The notes beneath the pieces were generated by a model that saw only the letters and a list, made by a program, of their open reading frames with translations, was not told the origin of the DNA and made no database searches. This document shows positions 21,835 to 32,788 of a DNA stretch of 64,000 nt, in pieces. How positions within the stretch are numbered: the stretch's first letter is position 1; every line of letters begins with the position of its first letter. Source of the stretch: an uncultured delta proteobacterium (GTDB lineage: Bacteria; Desulfobacterota; Binatia; Binatales; Binataceae); assembly GCA_963808235.1 (NCBI GenBank), contig CAWEEQ010000004.1:928001-992000 (forward strand). The letters run 5' to 3'. The translations under genes and the position numbers were made by a program.

Positions 21835-22278
21835 CTAGGCGTTTGATCTGGCCAGCGCCTCGATTTCAGCGATCAGAAGTGGAATCGCACGACGCAGATT
21901 GCGTTGATAGATACTGGCGAAGACTGTGCCCAGGATCGCTACCTGCCAGCCCGATCCGTCGACGGTGAACCGCACCCGAGTCCGACTCGGCGCGACTTCG
22001 GAAAACACGTGATCGTAAAAGATTTGCGCGCCCAAAAGTGAGCCGCTCCACTTCCAATGAAGTGGCGGCGCGAACTCAATCATCTTGAAAGTCGAGGTCA
22101 TTCCATTAGTGAGGCGGAGCGTCGCCTGCGTGTCGATGGACAGAGGACCTGATGGAGTCTTGACGACCGACTTGATGTGCCTGGCCCAAGTCGGCCAGCT
22201 GTCAACTTGTGCGAGATGATCCCACACGAGGCTCGGCGGCGCTGCGGCCTCAAAACTCTCGTCGATCAGACGTTTCAA
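21835..22278 (-). CDS. SRPBCC/polyketide cyclase-like protein
   Basis: AAPP..VW..LA.V.SWP.W N-terminal motif; 147 aa. Confidence 0.75.
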   Translation of the reverse strand: MKRLIDESFEAAAPPSLVWDHLAQVDSWPTWARHIKSVVKTPSGPLSIDTQATLRLTNGMTSTFKMIEFAPPLHWKWSGSLLGAQIFYDHVFSEVAPSRTRVRFTVDGSGWQVAILGTVFASIYQRNLRRAIPLLIAEIEALARSNA

Positions 22279-22309
22279 GGTGCAACACTCTGTGACCGAA
22301 TCGTCGCCG

Positions 22310-22747
22310 CTACGGCGAGCGAATGTAGTTCCGCAGTTCCTCGGCTTCGGACTGAACTTCTTCGAGACGCTGCTTCACGACGTCGCCGATGCTGACGATT
22401 CCATGAAGTGCTCCATCCTGGATGACTGGCAGATGCCGGATCCGCTGATGCGTCATCACCTCCATGAGATCGACGAGTGGATCCTCGGACGAGCAGGTCT
22501 TGACGTCGCGGCTCATCAATTGATCGGCCGCCAGAGTCAGCACCGCCTCCGCATGCTCCGCCATCCCGCGCACGATGTCGCGCTCGGAGATGATGCCGAT
22601 GATTTGACCTTTCTCGTTGACTACCGGCACCGCGCCGATTCGATTTTGCGCGAGCACCCTGACGATCGCCGTGACCGTCTGATGCGGTGTGACGGTGACG
22701 ACATCATGACCTTTGTGCTTCAGGACCGACGAAACCTTGGTTCCCAT
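22310..22747 (-). CDS. CBS domain-pair protein
   Basis: IGAVPVV, GIISERDIVR, RIRHLPV, GIVSIGDVVK; start ATG 22747. Confidence 0.9.
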   Translation of the reverse strand: MGTKVSSVLKHKGHDVVTVTPHQTVTAIVRVLAQNRIGAVPVVNEKGQIIGIISERDIVRGMAEHAEAVLTLAADQLMSRDVKTCSSEDPLVDLMEVMTHQRIRHLPVIQDGALHGIVSIGDVVKQRLEEVQSEAEELRNYIRSP

Positions 22748-22913
22748 GTTTCGACCTCCCTGGCCGCGGTCGTCTTGGAGCGGCTCTCCAAGATTACAAA
22801 AGCGCCATGACCAGCGCAAAAGCAAGGGCGAATGCTCCGGGGCGTTGCGGTGCGGGCCGCTATGATTTCGCGAGTCGGGACGATAGGTTCTTGGCGACGG
22901 ACTGTGAACTCCA

Positions 22914-25900
22914 ATGAAGTGCCCGTCGTGCAAGTTCGACAATCCAGACGTTGCGCGGTTCTGCGAGCAGTGCGGGACTCCGCTCGAACTGAGATGCCCG
23001 CGCTGCAGCGCGACCGTGTCGGCGGGCGCGCGATTCTGCGGCTCGTGCGGGAACCAGCTCGCAACGCCTGAAGGTCCATCTCTCGAACTCTCACAACCAG
23101 GACCGCGTGCGACCGGCAGCATCCTGGCCAATGCATTCGTTCCGGACGTCCCCGGCCATCTTGTCCAGAAGATCCTGAGCGGGCGCGCAGCGCTGGAGGG
23201 CGAGCGGCGGCAAGTGACCGTCCTGTTCGGCGATATCGCGAACTTCACCGCGCTCAGCGAGAAGCTCGATCCCGAGGAAGTCCATCGCATCATTCAGCGC
23301 TGCTTCGAGCTGATCGCCGCCGAAATTCACCGCTTCGAAGGCACCATCAACCAGTACGGTGGCGACGGGTTCATGGCGCTGTTCGGAGCACCGATCGCGC
23401 ACGAGGACGCGGCGCGGCGAGCTGTGCATGCGGCGCTGGCTATTCAACGCGCGCTCGGAGCATTCGGCAAGGACTTGGAGCGAACGAGCGGGCTGGTCGT
23501 GCAGATGCGCATCGCGCTCAACACCGGAATCGTCGTTGTAGGCCGGATCACCGACGATTTGCGCATGGACTACACCGCTATCGGAGACACGATCAATCTT
23601 GCCTCACGGCTCCAGTCCGCCGCGCGTCCGACCAGCGTCGTCATCAGTGAAGCGACTCATCGGGCGATCGAGGGGTTCTTCGACACCGTCGATTTGGGCG
23701 AACTGCAGATCAGAGGTCATGCCGCCGTGCGCGCCTTCGAAGTGACGGGGGCTCGCTCGCGGCGGACGCGATTGGAGGTGACTGCGGAGCGTGGGCTCAC
23801 TCCGCTGGTCGGTCGGGAGAGGGAACTTGCGGCGCTCAAGGATCTCTTTCGCGAAGTGCGCGGCGGACGCGGGCAGATTGTGTTCATCGCGGGCGAGGCG
23901 GGGATTGGAAAGTCGCGGCTACTGCTCGAGTTTCGCCGCAGCCTCGAAGCGTCCAGCGATCCAATCACCTGGCTCGAAGGGCGATGCGTCTCGTTCGGCC
24001 AGAGCACGCCGATGCTACCCCTGATCGACCAGCTGCATGAGAACTTCGGGATCCGCGAGGGCGATGGCGAGCCCGAACTGATCGCGAAGGTCGAACAGGG
24101 GATGCGCGCGATGGGCGGGCTCGAGGCCGAGATTTCATACGTCCGGTATCTCTTCTCTGCCGACCCCGGCGATCCAGCGGTAACGGCCATGGATGCGTCA
24201 GCGCGGCGAAAGCGCTTGTTCGACGCGTTGCGCGCGCTGATGCTGCGCGGCGCGGCACTCAGACCCCTGGTCCTGGTGTTCGAGGACCTCCATTGGAGCG
24301 ACACCAGCACACACGAATATCTGGATTTCGCGATGGACTCGGTCGCCGGCGCGCGGGTGATGATAATACTGACGCATCGCCTGGAGCAGACCCATTCCTT
24401 TCCGAGTCGAAGCTTTCATACCACTTTAAATCTTCACCACCTTTCCGGAGCGCAAGCCCTGGAGATGGCGACCTGCGTGCTCGGAGTCGCCGATTTTCCC
24501 GAGGAACTCAAGACTGCGCTCGAGCAGAAGGCCGAAGGAGTGCCTCTATTCGTCGAGGAGATGACCAAGTCGCTCGTAGACCTGGGCTTTCTTGCGCGTG
24601 AGAACGGGCACTACCGGGTGACCAAGGCGCTCGAGGATTTGAGCGTTCCCGACACGATGCAGGACATTATCATGGCGCGTCTCGATCGGCTTGGCGGCGA
24701 CGGGAAGCGAATGGTTCAGCTTGCGTCGGTAATCGGCCGCCAATTCGTGGTGAGACTGCTCGAGCGGGTGGCGGGACTGACGGGCAAGCTCGAGGGACTG
24801 CTCGGCGAACTGAAGGCGCTGGAGATCATCTACGAGCATGGACTGCTCGCCGAGCCGGCGTACATCTTCAAGCACGCCGTTATTCAGGACGTTGCCTATA
24901 GCAGCCTGCTCGTCCAGAGCCGCAAAGACCTTCATCGGGGTGTGGGCGAGGCGATTGAGGAACTTTACCGCGACCGCCTGACCGAGCACTCCGCCGAACT
25001 CGCGCATCACTTCACCCGCGGCGAGGATTGGTCAAAGGCGATGCAGTACAGCGCACTCGCGGGAGACGAAGCTGCGCGCGTCTTTGCGAACGTGGAAGCG
25101 AAGAAGCACTATTTTAATGCGCTCGACGCCGCGGCGAAGCTTTCCGCACCTCCGGATTGGGAAGTCCTTCTGACGCTCCATTCCAAGTACGCTGAAATTC
25201 TGCTGAATCTGAGCGAATACGACGATGCCGCCGCGGAGTATTTGAAGGCATTGGAGCTGGCGCGAGGCGCGGGCGATCGGCGCCGCGAAATGGAGGCGAT
25301 GGTCTGGGTCAGCGCGGCTTATGATTATTCGCATCGTGGCGAGCCTGCGATCGCCTACAACGAGCAGGCATTCGCGATCGCAAGGGAACTTGACGACCGC
25401 GAATATCAAGCAATTTGCCTCGCCAGCAGGGTCGCGATCCGCACCGCCGGGTGGGGTCAGATCGTCGAGACCACCGCCGATGCTGAAGAAGCTCTTCGTC
25501 TGTCCAAGGAGATTAAGAACCAGCCGTTACTCGCGAGATCGCTGGTGTACTTGGGCGGAGCACTGCAGTGGCGCGGCGAGTTTGACCGAGGATTGGCCCA
25601 TCTGAAGGAAGGCACCGAGCTGGCTCAGAAGATTCACTCGGGCTTCAACTATGGTTTCGGCGTCTTCCTGAGCGGGAACGCGCACCTGTCCAAGGGCAAC
25701 TACGAGGAGGCTCTGCGCTGTTACAAACGCGTGAGCGACTATGGCGCTGCGGCTGGCGACAAGTTCTGGATCGCGCGGGCGCCCAACCTGATCGGCGCGG
25801 TGCACCTGGAACTCTACGACCTGGATGTTGCAGTGGAACGCAACCTTGAGGCCGAAGAGATTGCGAGAGCAGCGTGGCCGTGGCCGGAGCCGCGCGGGCA

Positions 25901-26468
25901 TTCGTGGCTGAAAGTCGGCCTAGGTCATCTTGAAAAAGATCAGCACGGTAAGGCCGAGGAATTCCTGCAGCGTGCCTGGAATTTGTTGGAGGAGGACACC
26001 TGGTATCGGTGGCGCTGGCACATTCCGTTGCTCCGTGCCCGCGGTGCGCTGGCGCTCGCGGAGAAGCGCTTGGACGATGCGTGGAAGTTCGCGACGGAGT
26101 CGTTCGAGATGGCGTCAAAAAGCGACTCGCGCAAGCACATCGCGCGCGCCCGGCGGCTCCAGGGGATGGTACTCGCCGCCAACGGCCGGCTCGAAGACGC
26201 GGTAGGAACTCTCGAATCGTCGCTTGCTCTCGCGGAGCAAATCGGAACTCGTCCTGATGTCTGGATGGCGCGATGCTCCCTCGGGCAGGTTCTGCTCAAA
26301 CTGGGCAGAGATCGGGAGGCGGAGGAGCAATTCACCGGCGCGCTTCGGACGCTCGAATCCATCGCGAACAACCTGCACACGCAAAGCCTGAAGAAGGCGC
26401 TGCTAGCGTCCCAGCCGGTTGCCGAGCTCTATTCGACGCTCGGCCGGAGACCGCCTACGGTCGATTAA
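22914..26468 (+). CDS. Double zinc ribbon + class III nucleotide cyclase + STAND/AAA ATPase + TPR protein
   Basis: Four CxxC; LFGDIANFT, GDG, GDTINLASRL; Walker A GEAGIGKS, LVFEDLHW, GVPLFVEE, FKHAVIQDVAY; helical repeats. Confidence 0.92.
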   Translation: MKCPSCKFDNPDVARFCEQCGTPLELRCPRCSATVSAGARFCGSCGNQLATPEGPSLELSQPGPRATGSILANAFVPDVPGHLVQKILSGRAALEGERRQVTVLFGDIANFTALSEKLDPEEVHRIIQRCFELIAAEIHRFEGTINQYGGDGFMALFGAPIAHEDAARRAVHAALAIQRALGAFGKDLERTSGLVVQMRIALNTGIVVVGRITDDLRMDYTAIGDTINLASRLQSAARPTSVVISEATHRAIEGFFDTVDLGELQIRGHAAVRAFEVTGARSRRTRLEVTAERGLTPLVGRERELAALKDLFREVRGGRGQIVFIAGEAGIGKSRLLLEFRRSLEASSDPITWLEGRCVSFGQSTPMLPLIDQLHENFGIREGDGEPELIAKVEQGMRAMGGLEAEISYVRYLFSADPGDPAVTAMDASARRKRLFDALRALMLRGAALRPLVLVFEDLHWSDTSTHEYLDFAMDSVAGARVMIILTHRLEQTHSFPSRSFHTTLNLHHLSGAQALEMATCVLGVADFPEELKTALEQKAEGVPLFVEEMTKSLVDLGFLARENGHYRVTKALEDLSVPDTMQDIIMARLDRLGGDGKRMVQLASVIGRQFVVRLLERVAGLTGKLEGLLGELKALEIIYEHGLLAEPAYIFKHAVIQDVAYSSLLVQSRKDLHRGVGEAIEELYRDRLTEHSAELAHHFTRGEDWSKAMQYSALAGDEAARVFANVEAKKHYFNALDAAAKLSAPPDWEVLLTLHSKYAEILLNLSEYDDAAAEYLKALELARGAGDRRREMEAMVWVSAAYDYSHRGEPAIAYNEQAFAIARELDDREYQAICLASRVAIRTAGWGQIVETTADAEEALRLSKEIKNQPLLARSLVYLGGALQWRGEFDRGLAHLKEGTELAQKIHSGFNYGFGVFLSGNAHLSKGNYEEALRCYKRVSDYGAAAGDKFWIARAPNLIGAVHLELYDLDVAVERNLEAEEIARAAWPWPEPRGHSWLKVGLGHLEKDQHGKAEEFLQRAWNLLEEDTWYRWRWHIPLLRARGALALAEKRLDDAWKFATESFEMASKSDSRKHIARARRLQGMVLAANGRLEDAVGTLESSLALAEQIGTRPDVWMARCSLGQVLLKLGRDREAEEQFTGALRTLESIANNLHTQSLKKALLASQPVAELYSTLGRRPPTVD

Positions 26469-26472
26469 CCGC

Positions 26473-26859
26473 TCATGCCGAAAGCAACACGGCGATCGAT
26501 AGGGCTATTCCAGTGAGATAAGTTCCGACTGCCCCGACGAAGCGCAGCGGTTGCGGCTTGTCGAGCGTCGATGAAAGCAGGATGCCCGCCGCGATCGCGT
26601 AGCGGCTTGCCACTGCGAGAACCATCACGCACAGCACCCATGTTGAGGGATTTCGCACTCCGCAGACCAGGATGAGCACCGCCATCATCGGCGCATACTC
26701 GGCGGTGTTGCCGTGCGCCCGAACGCGCCTGAAGAATGGATCCGCGGGATCTGACGGATACGCCCCCGCCTTGTCGCCCCCGCGTGCCGCCGACACATAG
26801 AGACCGAGCGCGAACAAAAGAAGCCCGAGCAGCGCCGTGCATACGATTGCTGTCGCCAT
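26473..26859 (-). CDS. MAPEG family membrane protein
   Basis: RAHGNTAEYAP motif; 128 aa, hydrophobic. Confidence 0.85.
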   Translation of the reverse strand: MATAIVCTALLGLLLFALGLYVSAARGGDKAGAYPSDPADPFFRRVRAHGNTAEYAPMMAVLILVCGVRNPSTWVLCVMVLAVASRYAIAAGILLSSTLDKPQPLRFVGAVGTYLTGIALSIAVLLSA

Positions 26860-26967
26860 AGTTTTTCCTCCCTCTCCCGGTTAGTAGTCTTTTCGGACGA
26901 TGAATCCATGGGCGGCGCGATGCAACCATCGCTGTCTGATCGATTCACAATAGGTTCACGCGCGGTT

Positions 26968-28190
26968 ATGGGAATATCGGGGGAATCTATCCGGGTGAAA
27001 ACCGGCACCGACAGCGACCGGACTGACCTCGCCAAGTCCTTGCTGGCGCGAGCACGCGAGATGGTGCCGATTCTGGCCACGCGCGCCGCGAACGCCGAGC
27101 GCACTCGCTCGATTCCCGCCGAGACGATCGCGGACCTTAAGCAAGCCGGTTTCTTCCGCGTAATCCAGCCCCAGCGCTATGGCGGCTACGAACTCGATCC
27201 CGGCCTCTTCTTCGACATACAGATGACGCTCGCCGAAGGATGCATGTCCACTGGATGGGTCTACGGCGTGGTCGCGGTGCACAACTGGCAGTTGGCGTTG
27301 TTCGATCCTCGCGCGCAGGAACGACGTCTGGAGCGAGGACAGTTCGATCCTGATCGCGTCGAGCTACATGCCAAAGGGACAGGTCGAGCGCGTTGATGGA
27401 GGCTTTCGATTCAGCGGGCGATGGAGCTTTTCGAGCGGCGTCGATCACGCGAGCTGGCTCTTCCTCGGCGGTATCGTGTCGTCGAAAAATGGCGTCCCCG
27501 ACTATCGAACCTTCCTCGTCCCGCGCTCCGACATTGAGATCAACGACAACTGGCACACCGTCGGACTCAAGGGCACCGGCAGCAAGGAAGTCGTCATCGA
27601 TGGCGCGTTCGTTCCCGAGTATCGAACGCATCGCGCAATCGACGGATTCGCGGGAACCAGTCCCGGCTTGAGCGCCAATCCGGCGCCGCTGTATCGGCTG
27701 CCCTTCGGGCAGATCTTCGTGCGCGCCGTTTCGACTGCGTCGATCGGCGCGTTGCAGGGCGCGCTCAATGCGTTTCGCGAGTACGGCTCTCGGCGCGTGA
27801 GTATCAACGACCAGGGCCGCACGGCTGAGGATCCCGCCGCCGCGCTCGCCGTGGCCGATGCCGCGCTCGCGATCGACGACATGAAGCTCGCATTGCATCG
27901 AAACTTCGCCGCCATGATGGCGACGCTGCGCCGCGGCGATGCGCTCGACGTCAACGACCGCATTCACTACCGCTATCAATCTGCCGCCGTCGCCGGCCGA
28001 TGCGCCGAGCACATCGATCGCTTGTTCCACAGCTTGCGGAGGGCAGGGCATCTACGCCGACAATCCCATCGCGCGATTCTTCGTGGACATCCACGCGGCG
28101 CGCATGCACTACGCCAACAATCCCGACAAATTCGGGCGCAACTACGGCGGCGTCCTGCTCGGACTCGGCAACACCGACTTTTTCATATGA
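26968..28190 (+). CDS. HsaA-like flavin-dependent monooxygenase (acyl-CoA dehydrogenase fold), two frameshifts (near 27321 and 28034)
   Basis: Joined frames give QPQRYGG.E...CMSTGWVYGV..VHNWQLALF..RAQEDVW...SSYMP...W.FSSG.DHA...GLKGTGS...RFF.DIHAARMH.ANN. Start uncertain. Confidence 0.8.
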
Positions 28191-29919
28191 GCAGCGGGAT
28201 GGGATTGGCGCGCCGCCCACCGATGCGCATTGGGATCACGAGTTCGACGTCGTCGTAGTCGGCTCCGGCGCGGGCGGATTGACCGCTGCGATCGCCGCGC
28301 ATGACCTCGGCCAGTCCGTCGTCGTGATCGAAAAGAGCGACCAGTACGGCGGTACCAGCGCAATCTCCGGCGGCGGTGTATGGGTGCCATGCAACCATCT
28401 GCTCGATCGCTGCGGGCGCCGACGACAGCCATGACGACGCGCTCACTTATCTCAAGGCCGCTACTCGCGGGATGGTCGTCCGAGGCGCGCTTGCTCGCCT
28501 ACCTCGAGCACGCCCCGCGCATGGTGCGTTACCTCGAAGAGAAGACCTGTCTCAAGTATCGCGCGATGCCCGAATTACTCCGACTACTATCCCGCGCTGC
28601 CCGGCTCCAAGCCCGGTTATCGCACGATGGATCCGTTCCCGTTCAACGCTGCGCGGCTCGGCGACGAATTCGCGCGCATGCGTCCGCCTCAGCCGGGCAC
28701 GCTGATCGCGCGGCCGCGTCACGATGACCGCCGGCGAGGCGCACGTCATTCTTGTGCAAGGAGCGCGGCTGGATGCGCTCTTCATGCGTCGCATGGCGCG
28801 ATACTGGCTCGATCTGCCGTGGCGTTTTCGCAACAAGCGCGACCGCCGTCTGACGCTCGGCAGTTCGATGGTCGGATCGCTGCGCCGCTCGATGATGGAT
28901 CGCGGCATTCCGCTATGGCTCAACACCTCGCTCGATTCATTGGTCACCGATGCGCGCGGCGTCGTCGGAATTACTGCGACGCAGAACGGCACGCACGATT
29001 CGTATCGCGGCGCCGACGCGGCGTCATCCTTGCGGCGGGCGGCTTCGAGCACAATCAAGCGATGCGCGACGAGTACCTGCCCAAGCCGACGCGCGCCGAA
29101 TGGACCGTCACGCCGCCGTCCAACACCGGCGACGCGATTCGCGCAGGGCAGGGCGTCGGCGCGCAAGTTGCCCTGATGGATCATGCGTGGTGGGCGCCGA
29201 CGGTTTTCGTGATCGGCCGCGAGAAGCGCCGCGCGCTGTTCGTCGAGCGCAACCTGCCCGGATGCGTGATGGTCAATCGGCTCGGTAATCGCTTCGTCGA
29301 CGAGGCCGCGCCTTACAGCGAGATCGTTTACGCGATGTACGCCGACATCAGAAGAGCAACGCCAACATGCCCGCGTGGCTCATCTTCGATGCTGACTTCC
29401 GCCGCAAGTATCCATGCGGCCCACTGCTGCCGGGCATGGTCCGTCCCGACAAATCTCTGCCGTCCGCGTGGGCCGGGACAGTTTATTTCAAGGGCGACAC
29501 TCTCGATGCTCTCGCCGCGCAAATCGAAGTCGACGCAAAGGGCTTGCGCGAGACTGTCGAGCGGATGAATCAGTACGCCGTCAACCGGCGACGACAAGGA
29601 ATTCGGCAAAGGCAGCAACAATTTCGATCGCTACTACGGCGACGTTAACGTCAAGCCGAATCCGTGTCTCGCGCCGATCGCCAAGCCTCCCTTCTATGCG
29701 ATGCGCATCGACGCCGGCGACATCGGCACCAAGGGCGGCCTGCTCACCGACGAGTACGCGCGCGTCTTGCGCGACGACGGCCAGCCGATTCCCGGCCTCT
29801 ACGCGACCGGCAACACGTCCGCCGCCGTGATGGGTCCGAGCTATCCCGGCGCCGGCTCGACGCTCGGTCCCGCGATGACCTTCGGCTACATCGCCGCACA
29901 TCATCTCGCAGGAGTTTGA
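28187..29919 (+). CDS. kstD: 3-ketosteroid Delta1-dehydrogenase-like FAD protein, many frameshifts
   Basis: [64 protein letters not shown] spread over several frames. Confidence 0.72.
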
Positions 29920-29920
29920 G

Positions 29921-30773
29921 ATGTTGAAAGATCGCGTCGCTCTGGTAACCGGGGCAAGCCTCGGAGTCGGCAAAGGTATCGCGATCGCGCTCGGCGCCGC
30001 CGGCGCGACCGTCTATGTTACCGGGCGCAGCGGAAAAGCCGGCGACAATCCTTTCGGCGGCACGGTGTTCGCCACCGCCGAGGAGGTGACCAAGCGCGGC
30101 GGACGCGGAATCGCCGTCGTCTGCGATCATAGCGACGACGACCAGGTGCGTGCGCTCTTCAAGCGAATCGAGGATGAGTCCGGCCGCCTCGACATCCTGG
30201 TCAACAACGCCACCGCGATTCCCGACGGCCTCACCGAGTCGGGCCCGTTCTGGAAAAAGCCGCTCGATTTTGTGAAGGTGCTCGACGTCGGCCTGCGCTC
30301 CAACTATGTCGCGACTTGGCTCGCCGCGCCGATGCTCATCCGCAACGGCGGCGTGGTGTTCAACTCGTCCTCGCCGGGCGCAAAGGCCTACGTGCACGGC
30401 CCGGCTTACGGCGCCGCAAAGGCCGGAGTCGACAAGATGTCACACGACATGGCGCACGACTTCAAACCGCACAACGTCGTCGTCGTCTCGGTGTGGCTCG
30501 GCCTGGTGAAGACCGAAAAGGTGATGATGATCGACGTCAACAAATCGAAGTACGGCCCGATGCTCGCAGTAGCCGAATCGCCTGAGTTCGGCGGCCGCAT
30601 CATCGACGCGCTCTACAACGATCCCAAGCGTATGGAGCTGACCGGCCAGACATTTCTTCTCCGCCGAGCTGGCCGACCGCTACGGCGTCAAAGACATCGA
30701 CGGCAGCAATCCGCCGTCCGGCCGCGCCTTCCTCGGTCCCCCGACGGAATTCTCGCCGATGGTAATCGAATAG
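29921..30773 (+). CDS. SDR oxidoreductase (frameshift near 30655; corrected stop TAG 30771-30773)
   Basis: TGASLGVG, LVNNA, YGAAK; the alternative frame gives AELADRYGVKDIDGSNPPS. Confidence 0.85.
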
Positions 30774-30802
30774 AAAGCCTGCTCCACCGCGTATCGGGGG
30801 AC

Positions 30803-31612
30803 CTATCGTGCTGCGGCGTCGTGCCCGTTTCCGACCTGACCATTGGCAGTGGGGCCGGAGGTTGAAGGCTTGGGACCCGCCAGCGTTTCGAACTCGCGCG
30901 CGAGTTGCTGGAATCTTTCCTTCAGGCCGAGGGCGGGCTCGAAGGATTGTGCCAGCTCGGCAAACCGTTCCTGGATCTTGCTCGCAGGTTCCATTACCGC
31001 GACCAGGTAGTTCAGATGATCGCGAAATGATCGCGACATTTCGGCGAGCTGATTCTGGATGCTCTTGAGCGGATCGAATTTCTCCGCAAGAACGCTTACT
31101 TCGCCATGAAATGCTTTCACCGGCGCATAAGCTAGCGCGAACTGACTCAGATGCTCGGCCAGCTCGGAGACCACCTCTAGTGCGCTGGTCGCATCTTTGC
31201 CCAGCCGGTCCACCTGAACGAACGCCGGGCCCATCTTGGACAGGCGCTCCTGAAATACCCTGATGGGCTCAAACATCTTGGCCACTTCAGCTGGCCCTGC
31301 GGGTAGATCGGTCTGGCTCATCGGATCGCCTCCATTGACTGTGTTCGTTTTGGCTCCATTGCTCGGAGAAGGATCGTTTGCCGGAACTGAGTCGAGCGCT
31401 ATAGGCGGCGGCTCACTCGCGATTGCTCCGTTTTGGTCGTGTTGATGGTTCGATGGCGGTTCAGGTTCCGAAGCCCCTCCGGAGTCGAGTACTCGCTTGC
31501 TTTGATCGTCGACATCCAATGCCCGAGCCCCAAGCAGGCGCTTGCGGAGCTCGTCGCTATTTACCACCTGCTCCGGCTCGGCCGGACGCTGCTCGCGACG
31601 AAACATGGCCAT
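30803..31612 (-). CDS. Hypothetical protein with ~17-aa proline-punctuated amphipathic helical repeats
   Basis: FEPIRVFQERLSKMGPA / YAPVKAFHGEVSVLAEK / FDPLKSIQNQLAEMSRS / MEPASKIQERFAELAQS / FEPALGLKERFQQLARE. Confidence 0.65.
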   Translation of the reverse strand: MAMFRREQRPAEPEQVVNSDELRKRLLGARALDVDDQSKRVLDSGGASEPEPPSNHQHDQNGAIASEPPPIALDSVPANDPSPSNGAKTNTVNGGDPMSQTDLPAGPAEVAKMFEPIRVFQERLSKMGPAFVQVDRLGKDATSALEVVSELAEHLSQFALAYAPVKAFHGEVSVLAEKFDPLKSIQNQLAEMSRSFRDHLNYLVAVMEPASKIQERFAELAQSFEPALGLKERFQQLAREFETLAGPKPSTSGPTANGQVGNGHDAAAR

Positions 31613-31627
31613 AGTAGCCTCGTTCGA

Positions 31628-31643
31628 TGCAAGCTTGATGCCA
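31628..31643 (-). promoter_or_regulatory. Putative sigma54 promoter
   Basis: Minus strand TGGCATCAAGCTTGCA, a close match to TGGCAC-N5-TTGCA, just upstream of 31612. Confidence 0.6.
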
Positions 31644-31921
31644 GTCCATCCTCGACTATTCGCATAGGCAGGATTTAACCGCTATTTCGTTGGGCTTTAT
31701 CGGCGGAAATCGCGAAAAGCAGGGCCGGCAGAGCATCGCCGCGGCCGCTCAGCTCTCTTACGTATTGTAGCAAATTTGCACTTTTTGAGCAGACACCTGA
31801 TGTAAAAAAGCAACCGCGTGACAAAGCGATTGCCAGATCAGGTCCCCCTCGGGGCCTTACAAATGAAATCCCGCCCGGTCGAACGCATCTCCGGAAGGGT
31901 GGGTCTAGACCGCAGGCTCGT

Positions 31922-32785
31922 TCAGGCGGCGAGCTTCAGTACCTTGCGGGCGTTGTCGCGGAGGAACTTCGGCCACACCTTGTCATGGAAGGGCACGGAC
32001 TTCATGTCGGTCATGATCCGTTCGAGCGATAGGCCCATAGGGAAGTAGCCGGCATAGATGATCTTGTCGGCGCCCCTCGTATTCGCATAACGAATGATCG
32101 CTTCCGGATAGTGCTTGGGCGCGAATGCCGAAGTCGAGTAGTAGAGGTTGGGCCATTTCAGCATCAGCTTCACGGCCAGGTCTTCCCAAGGCTCGCATCC
32201 ATGACGAGTCACGAAGACTAGTTCCGGGAAATCGTACATCACTTGGTCGATCAGGCGTACCTCCTGCGGCCACATCGGGAACCTCGGCCCCGGGACGCCG
32301 GCGCACGCGAAGATCGGCACGCCCAGCTCAACGCACTTGGCGTAAATCGGATACATTAACGCGTCGCCGATACCGACTTGCGGATTGTAGCCCGCGTTGA
32401 AGGCGCCGAAAGCGCGCACACCATATTTTTCGTACTGCCGGACCAAGTCGCGGACGCCATCCATGCCGCGGTTCGGGTCCACGCCGCCCATGGGGATGAA
32501 CCGGTCAGGATGGTCCTTCAGCGCCTTCGTCGCGATTTCCCCGCCGGCGCCGATGAGTCCCTTCTCAACGCCGAACCGATCCATCTCGTGCAGGGTCACC
32601 GCAATCGGATCCTTCGATGATCCGTACAACTCCTTAGGCACTTGCTTGAACATGTACTCGACCGGGAAATCGAACTTCGCCGAAGGGTCCTTTAGCTGCG
32701 CGCGGATAAAGTCGTACGCTTTGAAATCCTCGGCCGGAAAGCCGATCATTGTATCGATTATCCCGATGTCGGTGGGCATCCCCAC
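31922..32785 (-). CDS. Amidohydrolase_2 family protein
   Basis: YPIYAKCVELGVP, FPELVFVTRHGCEPW, KWPNLYYSTSAFAPK, KFLRDNA.KVLKL. Confidence 0.85.
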   Translation of the reverse strand: MGMPTDIGIIDTMIGFPAEDFKAYDFIRAQLKDPSAKFDFPVEYMFKQVPKELYGSSKDPIAVTLHEMDRFGVEKGLIGAGGEIATKALKDHPDRFIPMGGVDPNRGMDGVRDLVRQYEKYGVRAFGAFNAGYNPQVGIGDALMYPIYAKCVELGVPIFACAGVPGPRFPMWPQEVRLIDQVMYDFPELVFVTRHGCEPWEDLAVKLMLKWPNLYYSTSAFAPKHYPEAIIRYANTRGADKIIYAGYFPMGLSLERIMTDMKSVPFHDKVWPKFLRDNARKVLKLAA

Positions 32786-32788
32786 AGC

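Noticed and set aside
22748-23293. Long N-terminal extension of the CBS ORF
   Set aside because: It overlaps the cyclase gene on the opposite strand; the CBS domain starts at ATG 22747.
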